Source: an uncultured delta proteobacterium (lineage in GTDB: Bacteria; Desulfobacterota; Zymogenia; Zymogenales; Zymogenaceae). Taken from it: a stretch of DNA of 64,000 bases. This document shows, one piece after another, positions 23,893 through 33,447 of the stretch; positions within the stretch are counted from its first letter, which is position 1; every line of letters starts with the position of its first letter. The notes under the pieces are model-generated. The model saw nothing but the letters and a program-made list of their open reading frames with translations, searched no databases and was not told the origin of the DNA. The translations under genes and the position numbers were made by a program. Where the stretch lies: contig CAVTLK010000002.1 of assembly GCA_963735595.1 (NCBI GenBank), positions 320,001 through 384,000 on the forward strand, in the 5' to 3' direction.

Positions 23893-24654
23893 TTATATGC
23901 TCGTATACAGTATATGGATTCCGACAAATAACATTACGAAAATAAAGAACTCCCTGAGCGAGTCTGTGCGCATACGCCGCGATATCTGAGAGCCGAGATA
24001 CGATCCGATAATTACGCCCGGCAGCCCCCACGCAACCGCCATAGGAGACAGGCTCCCGCCGAGCGACAGATGGGCGGTCAGGCCCATAACGACAACGATG
24101 AACATAACCGCAAGGGCCGTGCCGACGGCCACTTCCATACTGTAGTTGAGCCTTTTGACCATGGACGGCACAATAAAATCGCCGACGCCGATGGACAAGA
24201 GACCGCTCAGGAACGAAAAGAAGAACGGGATATACCCGACACGGGCGGCCTGTCTTACGCCTACGCGTCGGAGCTCGTTGTCCATATACCAATCCCGGCC
24301 GGAAAGGAAGAAGATGGCCAAACCGACGGCCGCCGTTCCCAGTCCCAGCCTCAGCACGTTATCGGGGAGGTACGTGCCCACGACGGAGCCGGCTATTACC
24401 ATCGGCAGCGCCAGGCCTGCGTAAAAGAGAGCCACTTTGATGTCTACCCTCCCGGACCGCCAGTATGCGATGGTCCCGACCCCCATCCCCCCTACCTGGA
24501 TAGCCAGCGCAGTGGTGATGGCCTCCGGTGGCTGAATGCGGTACAGGAGGATTAGCACGGGCGACCACAAGATCCCCCCTCCAATGCCGAGCATAACGGC
24601 TACCGTGGAAATGGCAATCCCAAAAAGGAAGATCGTAAACGGAAACTGCTCCAT
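23893..24654 (-). CDS. TauE/SafE (TSUP) family transporter
   Basis: MLGIGGGIL..P..L, SGLLSIGVG, AVGTAL, G.IIGSYLGS; about 8 TM helices with an internal repeat. Confidence 0.85.
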   Translation of the reverse strand: MEQFPFTIFLFGIAISTVAVMLGIGGGILWSPVLILLYRIQPPEAITTALAIQVGGMGVGTIAYWRSGRVDIKVALFYAGLALPMVIAGSVVGTYLPDNVLRLGLGTAAVGLAIFFLSGRDWYMDNELRRVGVRQAARVGYIPFFFSFLSGLLSIGVGDFIVPSMVKRLNYSMEVAVGTALAVMFIVVVMGLTAHLSLGGSLSPMAVAWGLPGVIIGSYLGSQISRRMRTDSLREFFIFVMLFVGIHILYTSI

Positions 24655-24660
24655 AGGGTT

Positions 24661-25284
24661 TTATCTCTTCAACCGGGATAAATCAGCCCTGGCGAGGTTG
24701 AAATCCCTTGTCATCTCATCGAGTTGTTCCATCTCTTCAGAGATACGCTCCATATCGGCCAGTACGACCTCGTGGTCGCCTTTCTCATACGCCGCCTTCA
24801 TGGACCGGACCCGCTCACGGCACCTGTTGCCCGTAATACGCACCACTCCAATAACCTCACCGAAATCGGAGACGACGTCGTTGATAAACCGTCCCAGTCT
24901 CCCGATTTCATCGTTCACATAGACCGGGATCGGATTCCCGAAATCACCCTGTGCCATATTCGCCGTAACGGCAAACATACGCCGGAGGGGTATGGTAATC
25001 TTTTTAACGAACAGAATCAGTACAACGCCCGTTACGAAGGACTGGATCGCGATCAGGAAAATCACCTTTCTCTTTATCTGATCGATGGGGGCCGTAGCCG
25101 GGCCGCTACCCATTTGCGCCTGATACTGACCCTGGGAACCGGGTCCCAAACCCCGATTCGGCTCCTGAGCGTTGATGTCAATGAGAAACTCAAATCCGAG
25201 CACTAACGAGGAAAAGACGATGATACAGACGTATATCATCATCCTCCTGGTCAGCGTGACGGTTCTTGTATTCGTTGGTTTCAT
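24661..25284 (-). CDS. 2-TM HAMP-domain protein, MCP-like but lacking the signalling tip
   Basis: Two TM segments, HAMP (PL..M..MAQGDF..DEIGRLG..IN), short coiled-coil tail. Confidence 0.8.
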   Translation of the reverse strand: MKPTNTRTVTLTRRMMIYVCIIVFSSLVLGFEFLIDINAQEPNRGLGPGSQGQYQAQMGSGPATAPIDQIKRKVIFLIAIQSFVTGVVLILFVKKITIPLRRMFAVTANMAQGDFGNPIPVYVNDEIGRLGRFINDVVSDFGEVIGVVRITGNRCRERVRSMKAAYEKGDHEVVLADMERISEEMEQLDEMTRDFNLARADLSRLKR

Positions 25285-25286
25285 CG

Positions 25287-26099
25287 TTATATAAATATAC
25301 CCAACACGACGTTTCTATTGTCCCAGATCATCTTGATGCCGGTCAGAAAGACGAAGAGCGAAAAGAACGTCTTCAAAAGAGATCCCTTGGCGAGCCTGTT
25401 GATGATCGGACCCAGCTGGCCTCCGATCAAGACGCCGCCCATCGTGAAGATCGCAACCTCCCACCGGATCTGGCCCTCCCAGATATTGATGGATGTTGCC
25501 ACCCATCCGGCCAGCCCTTCCACGACCACGGTCGTGGCAATAGCCCGATGGACGTTCATCTTGTATACCCGCTCCAGGAGGGGAAACGAGGTCTCGGCGG
25601 TACCGATGGAGGAAAGACCGCTCGAAATACCCCCGATGAACGGAACCCACGCGAAGGGGTAGATTTCCTCAGTCAAAAAACCTTCGCGGTCTCCGTATCG
25701 TTTTTCCGCCATAGATGCGAAAGTCCAGACGGCGCAACACGTTACGACGAGTCCGAAAAAGATCTTAAGGATCGCCTCATCGAGCACCATCACCAGGTGC
25801 AGGCCGATAACGACGCCGGGTATGGTCAGCAGTACCATCGGGAACGCCATGGAAAACTCGATCTGCCTTTGCCTGGTGTACGCGACCATGCCTGACGTCA
25901 TGCCGCAGAGCTCCGTGACCATGCCGGTCCCTATCGCCTCCGGCACGCTCATCTTGAGTGCGTAGACGAAAATGGGGAAAAAGATAATGGCGCCCCCGAA
26001 CCCGCTGCTGGTGGCCATCGATGCCGCCAGGATAGCCACCGGAAACATAAACCAGTAGTGAGTCGTCGCAGACCAGATGTAGTGACCAACGGCTTCCAT
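25287..26099 (-). CDS. TauE/SafE (TSUP) family transporter
   Basis: SSGFGGAIIFFP, AIGTGM, SGLSSIG, AIATT, GGVLIGGQLG. Confidence 0.85.
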   Translation of the reverse strand: MEAVGHYIWSATTHYWFMFPVAILAASMATSSGFGGAIIFFPIFVYALKMSVPEAIGTGMVTELCGMTSGMVAYTRQRQIEFSMAFPMVLLTIPGVVIGLHLVMVLDEAILKIFFGLVVTCCAVWTFASMAEKRYGDREGFLTEEIYPFAWVPFIGGISSGLSSIGTAETSFPLLERVYKMNVHRAIATTVVVEGLAGWVATSINIWEGQIRWEVAIFTMGGVLIGGQLGPIINRLAKGSLLKTFFSLFVFLTGIKMIWDNRNVVLGIFI

Positions 26100-26112
26100 G
26101 TGATCCTTCCCT

Positions 26113-26841
26113 TTACACTTTCGTTAGATCGACCTGATAGAACTTGAATGATTCCACCAGGGACTTCAGCTCGCCGATATTGGAGTAAAGTGTGTTCAAC
26201 TCCCGTCGAATATCTTCGGTAATTTCCTTTTCCTTAAGGACCTCAACGCTGTTATAGACGCTGTCGACCGACCGGACGGCCGAATTATTGATCTTACCCA
26301 CCATGAGCAGTACTTCCTGAAAATCGGCGGTTATATCGTTAATGATAGAGCCAAGCTGGCCGATCTCGTCCTTCGTGTAGACCGGCATCGTCGTGGAGAG
26401 GTTTCCCCGTGATATCTCCCGGGCGGCGTGTACCATTTCGTCCAGCGGCCCGGCCACCTCCTTGATGAAGAACCAGAGCGCCACGCCGACGCAAAAGATG
26501 GTGATGGCCAGGATAATGAGCATCCGTTTCTGGAGATGGTAGAGGGGGGCGAAAACCTGCTCGTAATCAAGGTCTTCTACGGACCCCTCGATATTCTGGG
26601 CCCGGGCCTCGGCGACGAAATTGCCCTGCATCTTGTTGGTAAGCCTGGCTTCCCCGATCTCCCAGATCAATTCAAGGCTCATGGAGATCGAGACAGCCAC
26701 GATCAACAGAAAATAGATGAGCAGCTTTTTCTTCAGGTTGGTGAAGACCGCGCGTTTTCTCCGCAGCAAAAGGCTGCTTCTGCGTTCTGTTTTTCTCCGA
26801 TCAGTTCCATCCCAATCGGGACTCCCGTTTTTATACGTCAT
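26113..26841 (-). CDS. 2-TM HAMP-domain protein, MCP-like but lacking the signalling tip
   Basis: Two TM segments, HAMP (PLDEM..ISRGNL..DEIGQLG..IN), tail ending LKSLVESFK. Confidence 0.8.
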   Translation of the reverse strand: MTYKNGSPDWDGTDRRKTERRSSLLLRRKRAVFTNLKKKLLIYFLLIVAVSISMSLELIWEIGEARLTNKMQGNFVAEARAQNIEGSVEDLDYEQVFAPLYHLQKRMLIILAITIFCVGVALWFFIKEVAGPLDEMVHAAREISRGNLSTTMPVYTKDEIGQLGSIINDITADFQEVLLMVGKINNSAVRSVDSVYNSVEVLKEKEITEDIRRELNTLYSNIGELKSLVESFKFYQVDLTKV

Positions 26842-26922
26842 TTGCTCTATCCATGTCCGTCGGTAGTGTTATATTTTGCCCGGTAAAGGGCGCGGCCCCT
26901 TTTGTGGAGAGCGCCCCAGCCA

Positions 26923-27297
26923 TTAATCTTCCAGAATTTTAACGATCCGCTCCCTGAGCTCTTCCGGTTTGAATGGCTTGAGGATGACCGCCTTGATCCC
27001 CATCTTGAGGGCCGCTTCTTCAAGGAAGTGCTTTTCTTCCTCCTGCCGCAACGTCAGGAGTACCAGCCTGGCCGTCGGGTCTTCCTTCAGGATCTGTTCT
27101 GCCGCAGCAAAACCGTCGGTGTTTCTCATGGTGACGTCCAGGGTTACCAGATCGGGCTTGAGCTCGCGAAATAGCGCGACCGCCTCGTCGCCATCCTTTG
27201 CCTCTCCGATCACCTTCAGTTCACCGCCGTCCAACGCTTCCTTGATCCGGTTCCTCATGAACGACGAATCATCCACCACCAATAACCTCTTAGCCAT
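26923..27297 (-). CDS. cheY: CheY-like single-domain response regulator
   Basis: VVDDSSFMR, LVTLD, ILKPF. Confidence 0.88.
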   Translation of the reverse strand: MAKRLLVVDDSSFMRNRIKEALDGGELKVIGEAKDGDEAVALFRELKPDLVTLDVTMRNTDGFAAAEQILKEDPTARLVLLTLRQEEEKHFLEEAALKMGIKAVILKPFKPEELRERIVKILED

Positions 27298-27469
27298 AGT
27301 GCACTCCTCACTCTCGGTAACGTGTGGGTTGTCGACAACGCCACACCCGGTGTCGGCCGGCCCCGTCCCTCTGACGCGCCGCCTCGTTTTGCGAGGCGAC
27401 GCTCGTCGGTATCCGTTACGTTAACACGTATCTCAAACACGAGAACGGGACAAGCCCGGTCCGGACGTC

Positions 27470-29845
27470 TTACTGCCCGGCTGCCTTGATCGCTTCTTCC
27501 TTCTCTATTTCCTCGGTGGTGCGGTATTTGAACTGCTGCATCAAGCCGACGTTGGCGCCCGATGATTCCACGATGTTCCGCTGGAATTCGGACACCTGTG
27601 ATGCCTGTGCGGCAACGCGCTCCGCGTTCCTGGATTCGTCTGCGACCGACTTGTTGACGGTATCGGCGATACTAACGACCGACTCGATGTTCTTTTCCAC
27701 GGTCGTAGTGGCGCGTCCCGACTCGCCGGTCATCTCCACGATTTCCTGCGCAAGAGACGCCAGGTCGTCCATCGACCTGAGGACTTCTTCGATACTCCTC
27801 AGCTGCTGGGCCATGGCGTCGGCAACGATCTGGTTGATCTTGACGGCCTCGTTACCACCATCCACACCGATCTGCAGGAACTCGGCAGCCTGCTTGGCAA
27901 GTCCGGAGTTTGTCCTGGTAACTTCGCGGTTGGTCTCGACGTTCTTCAGAATGGTGGAAAGGGTCTGGGCGATGTCGCCGGCGGCCTTTGATCCCTGCTC
28001 AACTGCCTTGTTGGCGTTCTTAATAAGATCGGAGATCTCCTTGGTTGCGTCGGCGCTGCGCTCGGCCAGCTTCCGCACCTCGTCGGCGACGACCGCAAAG
28101 CCCTTGCCGTGTTCCCCGGCACGGGCCGCCTCGATGGCGGCGTTAAGCGCCAGGAGGTTGGTCTGCTCGGCGATGTCGTTGATGACCTCGACGATCTCAA
28201 ACACCTGCTCGGTCGACTCCGTAATGGCCTTCATGCCTTCCTCGTTCAGCCGCACACCCTCCTGGCCCTTCTGCACGATACCCATGACCTCCTCGGCGCG
28301 GTCGGACGCTTTGGCCGCCTCCTGGGACACGGTGTTAGCGATATTCAGGGCGTCGTTAAGCTTCTTGACCGCCTCGACGCTGCCTATACGAACCCGCTCG
28401 GCCTCCCGGGCAACCTCGGTAAGCGACGCTGCCATCTCGTTGACCGCCGATGATGTCTGGGCCGCGTTGGTGGCCTGGGCGTTGGCGCGCTCCTGAACCT
28501 GCCGTGAGGCCTTGGCCACCTCGCCCGCCAGAGACAGCGACTCGTGAGAACTGCGCGCGGCCTCGTCGGTGACGTTCGTGATCCGCTCAAGCGATCCCCT
28601 GAGCGCGCCCATCAGGCCCGCGTTGTCTGCAGACAGCGGCGCAGCCGACTCGCTGTAGCTACGCACGAGGCCGGCGTTCCTGGCGACCCTGGCCACGATG
28701 CCTTCGAGCCTGAAGACAAACTCGTTAAATCCCCGGGCAAGCATCCCGATCTCGTCATCGCCCGCGGCGGGAAGCCGCCTGGTCAGGTCGGCGCCGGCGC
28801 CCGCCAGGGCGGTCATCTCGTTTGCGATCCTGATGATCGGCTGGGCAATGGCGCGGGCAAGCAGATAGCCGACGCCGGCCGCTATGAACAGGATAAGGAT
28901 GGTCATCAGGGTTGCGTAGTTCCGTGTCGCATTCAATGACGCGAGGACCTCGTCTTCACCCTGCTCAGCGACCAGGATCCAGTTGTAATCCGCAAGGTAA
29001 TCAACAACCCCGAAGACGTCGTTGCCCAGATAGTTCTTCCACCGCCCAACGGTGAGGTCTTCCCCGCCTCCCTCCTCTTTGCCGGAGATCACGTCGGGGA
29101 GGGACTTAGCTTTGAGGAAGGCGTCGCTTTTGCTCAAATCGAGCTCGAGGATGGAGCTCTCCTTGATCATGCCCTCTTTCTTCAGCTCGTCGACAAAACG
29201 TGACTCCGAAATCATCAATCCCGTACTCGCGTCGATCAGATACACCTCACCGGTCTCTCCCAGGGACATAGATTCTCTGAGGAGGTTGCTGAGGTACTTC
29301 ATGTTGACCTGCTCAACAAAGACGCCGACTGTCGTATTGCCCCTCTTAACGGCAGAGGCGAGTACGAGAATCGGGTTTTTGGTACGGTTACTGAAAACCA
29401 TTTCGTATTGTCGTTCGGCCTTTCCGCTCATTATGTCCTTGTAATATTGGCGCTCTTTGATCGTAATTGTCCCGATATACCTCGGTTCGCTGTCCGCCAC
29501 TATATAACCGCCGCCCCCCTCGCAGTAGCTGATACCTTCAAGGTAGTCGGCCCTGCTTTTAACCAATGCCCCGAAAAAGATATTTGCCAGCGCATAATCT
29601 CCTGATTCAAGCGACGACGTAAACTCGAGGTCCGTCGGAAAGTCGTTAAGATCATGTCCTCTTTCTGACATGAAAGAACGCACCAAACCGTCCGCTGAAT
29701 CAACCAAAGACGTTAGACGTTCCCGGGTAAGATTTTCCGTGTCGGACTTGATCCGGTAATATGCCAGGACCGAGATCGTCAGCGCCGGTACGAGGGCCAT
29801 AAGGACGATCGCGATGATCAGCCTGGTTCGCAGTGTAAACTTCAT
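27470..29845 (-). CDS. Methyl-accepting chemotaxis protein (periplasmic dCache-like sensor, HAMP, long signalling domain)
   Basis: 2 TM, HAMP ([11 protein letters not shown]), hairpin tip [40 protein letters not shown]. Confidence 0.95.
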   Translation of the reverse strand: MKFTLRTRLIIAIVLMALVPALTISVLAYYRIKSDTENLTRERLTSLVDSADGLVRSFMSERGHDLNDFPTDLEFTSSLESGDYALANIFFGALVKSRADYLEGISYCEGGGGYIVADSEPRYIGTITIKERQYYKDIMSGKAERQYEMVFSNRTKNPILVLASAVKRGNTTVGVFVEQVNMKYLSNLLRESMSLGETGEVYLIDASTGLMISESRFVDELKKEGMIKESSILELDLSKSDAFLKAKSLPDVISGKEEGGGEDLTVGRWKNYLGNDVFGVVDYLADYNWILVAEQGEDEVLASLNATRNYATLMTILILFIAAGVGYLLARAIAQPIIRIANEMTALAGAGADLTRRLPAAGDDEIGMLARGFNEFVFRLEGIVARVARNAGLVRSYSESAAPLSADNAGLMGALRGSLERITNVTDEAARSSHESLSLAGEVAKASRQVQERANAQATNAAQTSSAVNEMAASLTEVAREAERVRIGSVEAVKKLNDALNIANTVSQEAAKASDRAEEVMGIVQKGQEGVRLNEEGMKAITESTEQVFEIVEVINDIAEQTNLLALNAAIEAARAGEHGKGFAVVADEVRKLAERSADATKEISDLIKNANKAVEQGSKAAGDIAQTLSTILKNVETNREVTRTNSGLAKQAAEFLQIGVDGGNEAVKINQIVADAMAQQLRSIEEVLRSMDDLASLAQEIVEMTGESGRATTTVEKNIESVVSIADTVNKSVADESRNAERVAAQASQVSEFQRNIVESSGANVGLMQQFKYRTTEEIEKEEAIKAAGQ

Positions 29846-29889
29846 TTGTTGCCTCCTTTATCCTTTCTTGCTTTTTCCTTGTTAATAGG

Positions 29890-30393
29890 TCACAGGGTGG
29901 AGAGCTGCCGCTGCTCGCCGGCCGTCAATATTTTCGAGAAATCCAGGAGAATAACCAGACGGTCGTCGATTCTGCTTACACCGGTGATATACTCGCCCTC
30001 CACCCCGCTCATGATCATATCCGGGGCGCCCTGCACGGACCCCGCGGGCACGGTTATGACCTTCGATACCGAATCGACCACAAAACCGGTAACCCGTTTT
30101 TCCAGCTCGATAATGATGATACGCGTTGCCTTATCGGCATCAATCGTGGGAATGTTGAGCCGTTTCCTGAGGTCGATAACCGGGACTACCTTTCCGCGCA
30201 GGTTGATGACCCCCTCGACGAACCGCGGGGTATTGGGGACTTCGGTTACCGGTGCCGGCCGTATGATCTCCTGCACCAGGAGGATATCGACTCCGAACTC
30301 TTCCTGGCCTAAGAAGAAGGTCACTATCTGGAAATCGCCGGTCGGCGTTGTCTTTGGTTTTCGCGATATTTCGGACATAACTGTCACCTCCAC
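29890..30393 (-). CDS. cheW: Chemotaxis coupling protein
   Basis: FGVDILLVQEI, GVINLRGKVVPVIDLR, GFVVDSV. Confidence 0.95.
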   Translation of the reverse strand: MEVTVMSEISRKPKTTPTGDFQIVTFFLGQEEFGVDILLVQEIIRPAPVTEVPNTPRFVEGVINLRGKVVPVIDLRKRLNIPTIDADKATRIIIIELEKRVTGFVVDSVSKVITVPAGSVQGAPDMIMSGVEGEYITGVSRIDDRLVILLDFSKILTAGEQRQLSTL

Positions 30394-30402
30394 GTATCTT
30401 CG

Positions 30403-31236
30403 CTACTGTTTCTTATATATAAAGACGTCATTGACGCGCTCCTGCATGAACCGGTCGGTATGGCGGAGGACCGATTCGGTAGAGGCGGTAAAAAGGAAAC
30501 CGCCCGGATTCAATACATCGGAAAGCCCATTCACGAGGGTGCGCGCACGATCGTTCGAAAAATACATTAAGACGTTACGGCAGAAGACGGCGTCGAACGA
30601 GAAAGCGGGTCGACGCACCCACGACCGGGTGTCGTTGAGGTTGACAGGGTAAAACTCGACTAACCGTTTAACCCGGTCATCGACCTGCCAGTATCCGCCG
30701 TCTTCGATCATATACTTCACCCGATACTCCTCCGGGAGATGACGGACCGACCAATCTTCATACCGCGCGGTCCGCGCATGGCGCAGGGACTTCGTATTGA
30801 TGTCACAGCCCACGATCTTCACTTTAAGGTCGCCGGCTTCCAGTATCTTTCCGAATCGCTCCAGAACGATCATCGCCACGGTGTAAGGCTCTTCACCGGT
30901 GGAACAGCCTGCTGAAAGTATATTGATTCTTCGGTCGAGCGCGGTCCCCGATTCAAAGAGCCGACCCAACACTTCTTCCTGGAATACGATACATTGGTCT
31001 TCCTCCCGGTAGAAGTAGGTCTCGCTGACCGCCAGCCTGTCAAGGAGCTCAACGACTTCGGTGTCGGGCGCCCGGTGCTTTACGTAAAGGAAGTAGCTGA
31101 AGGGATTCTCAATTTCGAGCTCCCTCTGACGCTCGGCGACCTTCTTCTTAAAGACCTTGGCCCTTCCGTTGAGTATTGTCACTCCCGTGACCTCCTGGAC
31201 GTAGTCCATGACCATGTCGACTCCGTCCCTATTCAC
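30403..31236 (-). CDS. cheR: Chemotaxis methyltransferase
   Basis: SETYFYRE, SAGCSTGEEPYT, FCRNVLMYF. Confidence 0.95.
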   Translation of the reverse strand: MNRDGVDMVMDYVQEVTGVTILNGRAKVFKKKVAERQRELEIENPFSYFLYVKHRAPDTEVVELLDRLAVSETYFYREEDQCIVFQEEVLGRLFESGTALDRRINILSAGCSTGEEPYTVAMIVLERFGKILEAGDLKVKIVGCDINTKSLRHARTARYEDWSVRHLPEEYRVKYMIEDGGYWQVDDRVKRLVEFYPVNLNDTRSWVRRPAFSFDAVFCRNVLMYFSNDRARTLVNGLSDVLNPGGFLFTASTESVLRHTDRFMQERVNDVFIYKKQ

Positions 31237-31609
31237 CTTCTCCTCCCAACAGCATCTTCATATGCGTAACGAGCCTTTTGGGTTCAGTCGGCTTTATGAG
31301 GTATATGTTTGCCCCGGCCGACAATCCCCGCTCTCTGTGACGCGCCGCCTCTTCCTCAACGGTGATGATAATGATCGGGACCGACTGATACCCGTCAAAT
31401 GTCCTGATTTGTTTGATGAATTCATACCCATCCATAACGGGCATGAATACGTCGGTGATGATCCCGTCGTAACACCTGGAGCGGGCCAACGAAAGGCCTT
31501 CGGCGCCGTTTTCGGCGGTATCGACGGCAAATCCCTCCGTCTTGAAGATTACCCGGATCGAATCTCGAATTACCTTTGAGTCATCAACGACCAACAAGTG
31601 TGGAGACAT
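31229..31609 (-). CDS. cheY: CheY-like single-domain response regulator
   Basis: VVDDS, IITDVFMP.MDG, YLIKP; start at ATG 31609 with a GGAG RBS. Confidence 0.88.
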   Translation of the reverse strand: MSPHLLVVDDSKVIRDSIRVIFKTEGFAVDTAENGAEGLSLARSRCYDGIITDVFMPVMDGYEFIKQIRTFDGYQSVPIIIITVEEEAARHRERGLSAGANIYLIKPTEPKRLVTHMKMLLGGEGE

Positions 31610-31626
31610 ATTCTCCCCGCTCCTAC

Positions 31627-33438
31627 CTATGACTTGACCATGAGCGCCCGGGCAATCTCTTGGGCCAGGAGATAATCCGGGACAATTCTGTCTGCCAATC
31701 CTTTTTGTATGACCTGTCCGGCCATTTCGGGTGAAAGGCACGTATCCGTCTGTTGAACGATGATGGTCCCGCCCACCCGCTTGAGCTCCTGGGCGCCCTC
31801 GAGCCCGTCAACACCTTCCCCCGTCAGGACCACGCCGATCGCCCTCTCACCGAACGCTTCGGCCAGGGACATCAGAAGCATGTTGAATGAATTGCGGTGC
31901 TCAAAATCAAACGGCCGATCGTTGAGCCTGATACTACTGGCGGCTCCTTCCCGAAGGACCGTCATGTAGCGGCTGTCGGAGCATAAGTAACAGACGCCGT
32001 TGTTCATAATCTCGCCGTCCTGAGCCGGTTTAACGGGGATCGGCGAGTAGGAATTCAGGTATTCACAGAACGTCCCGATAACCTCTTCGGGCATATACTG
32101 AACGATGAGGACTGCGGCCTTCAGGTCCTCGGGGAATCGAGGGAGTATTCTCAAGAGGACGCTGTAGCCGCCCAGCGCCGTTCCCATGGCAATTACGGAA
32201 TCGGCATTCAGCCGTTTGCCCTCGGTCCTTGTATTTTTCCCTTTTTGCCTCAGGCGGATGTGCTGCACGCTGGAGATCGTGACATTCGCCGCCCTTTTGA
32301 CCGTTTCGACGATGTTCTTCTTCTGGACCTCCAGGCTCAGATCCTGACGTGTAGAAGGCTTTGCGATGAAGTCAATGGCCCCGAAACGCAGCGAATCAAA
32401 CGTGGCCGCGGCTCCTTCCTGCGTGTACGCTGAGAGCATGACCACCGGCGTGGGCTGCATGATCATGATGTGCTTAAGCGCCGTCAGGCCGTCCATCTCG
32501 GGCATATTGACATCCATAGTCACCACGTCCGGCTTTAAGTGCGCCACTTTCTCAACGGCCTCCTTGCCGTCCTTTGCCTGGCCGACAACCTGTATCTGCT
32601 CATCCTGGGAAAGAATATCGGTGATCCCTTTTGTAATGATTGCGGAGTCATCGACGACAAGAACACGGATAGCCGCGCTCTGCGTTTTGTCCGGGGCAGG
32701 TTCAAAATCCGTCAAGATATCCTGTTCGAGCACGAAATCGCCCCGGTGGGATTCATCAATAGAGACCAGGGATTCTATGAGGAGCTGCTCCCATTTCTTT
32801 ACAATGCTTCTCTTGGGAGCGGCTGTGTTTCTCTTGGTGGAAAACGAGCCGCTCTGCCAGGAAAGGATATCCTTGAGCGCCTGCTCCCCCTCGAGCGTAT
32901 CGGTTTGCGCATGCACGATTTCCCCGTTCTCGAAGAAGACCGCCCCTTCTCTGTTGCTGTCATTTATATAGACAGCACTGCTGAGGCGGGATATACAGTT
33001 GATCTGGATTATGTCCGTGACCTGGATTCCTTCTATGGCGCCGTCAAAGCTTTTCTTTGGCAGAGAAAACGTATTTTGAATAAGGCTCACCAGATTCCTG
33101 ACTACGAACGGTTTTTCGATGTATCCGATGGATCCCATGCCTTGGACTTCCCTGGTGACGTCAGGGCTCGAGTGTGCAGTCATGACGATGACGCCGATAC
33201 CGGGATTTATTTGCCTGGCGGAAACGATAAGCTCAAATCCGTTCATTTCGGGCATATATATATCGGTTATCAAAAGGTCTATCAGAATATTATTAATGAT
33301 ATCAAGGGCCTGTGCGCCAGACGATGCCGTTAAGATCGAGGCCTCCTGGTAGGTGCGCTTAAGGTTCGTCTTGACGACATCCAGCAACGGTTGGTCGTCG
33401 TCGACCAGCAGGATCGTCCTTTTTTCATCTGCGAACAT
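31627..33438 (-). CDS. REC-DUF4388(PATAN-like)-REC-CheB-like hybrid; methylesterase domain degenerate
   Basis: REC1 (VDDD..ITD..KP), FDGAIEGIQVTDIIQ..GAVFFENGEIVHA..W..GSF, REC2, CheB fold with GTALGG/VQYMP. Confidence 0.85.
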   Translation of the reverse strand: MFADEKRTILLVDDDQPLLDVVKTNLKRTYQEASILTASSGAQALDIINNILIDLLITDIYMPEMNGFELIVSARQINPGIGVIVMTAHSSPDVTREVQGMGSIGYIEKPFVVRNLVSLIQNTFSLPKKSFDGAIEGIQVTDIIQINCISRLSSAVYINDSNREGAVFFENGEIVHAQTDTLEGEQALKDILSWQSGSFSTKRNTAAPKRSIVKKWEQLLIESLVSIDESHRGDFVLEQDILTDFEPAPDKTQSAAIRVLVVDDSAIITKGITDILSQDEQIQVVGQAKDGKEAVEKVAHLKPDVVTMDVNMPEMDGLTALKHIMIMQPTPVVMLSAYTQEGAAATFDSLRFGAIDFIAKPSTRQDLSLEVQKKNIVETVKRAANVTISSVQHIRLRQKGKNTRTEGKRLNADSVIAMGTALGGYSVLLRILPRFPEDLKAAVLIVQYMPEEVIGTFCEYLNSYSPIPVKPAQDGEIMNNGVCYLCSDSRYMTVLREGAASSIRLNDRPFDFEHRNSFNMLLMSLAEAFGERAIGVVLTGEGVDGLEGAQELKRVGGTIIVQQTDTCLSPEMAGQVIQKGLADRIVPDYLLAQEIARALMVKS

Positions 33439-33447
33439 ACACGGCTC

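Noticed and set aside
17716..26841. Magnetosome-related locus (TauE resembles the MamO C-terminus; hemerythrins are common in magnetotactic bacteria)
   Set aside because: No mam/mad genes, CDF transporters, MamK actin, or PDZ/magnetochrome motifs are present in the window.
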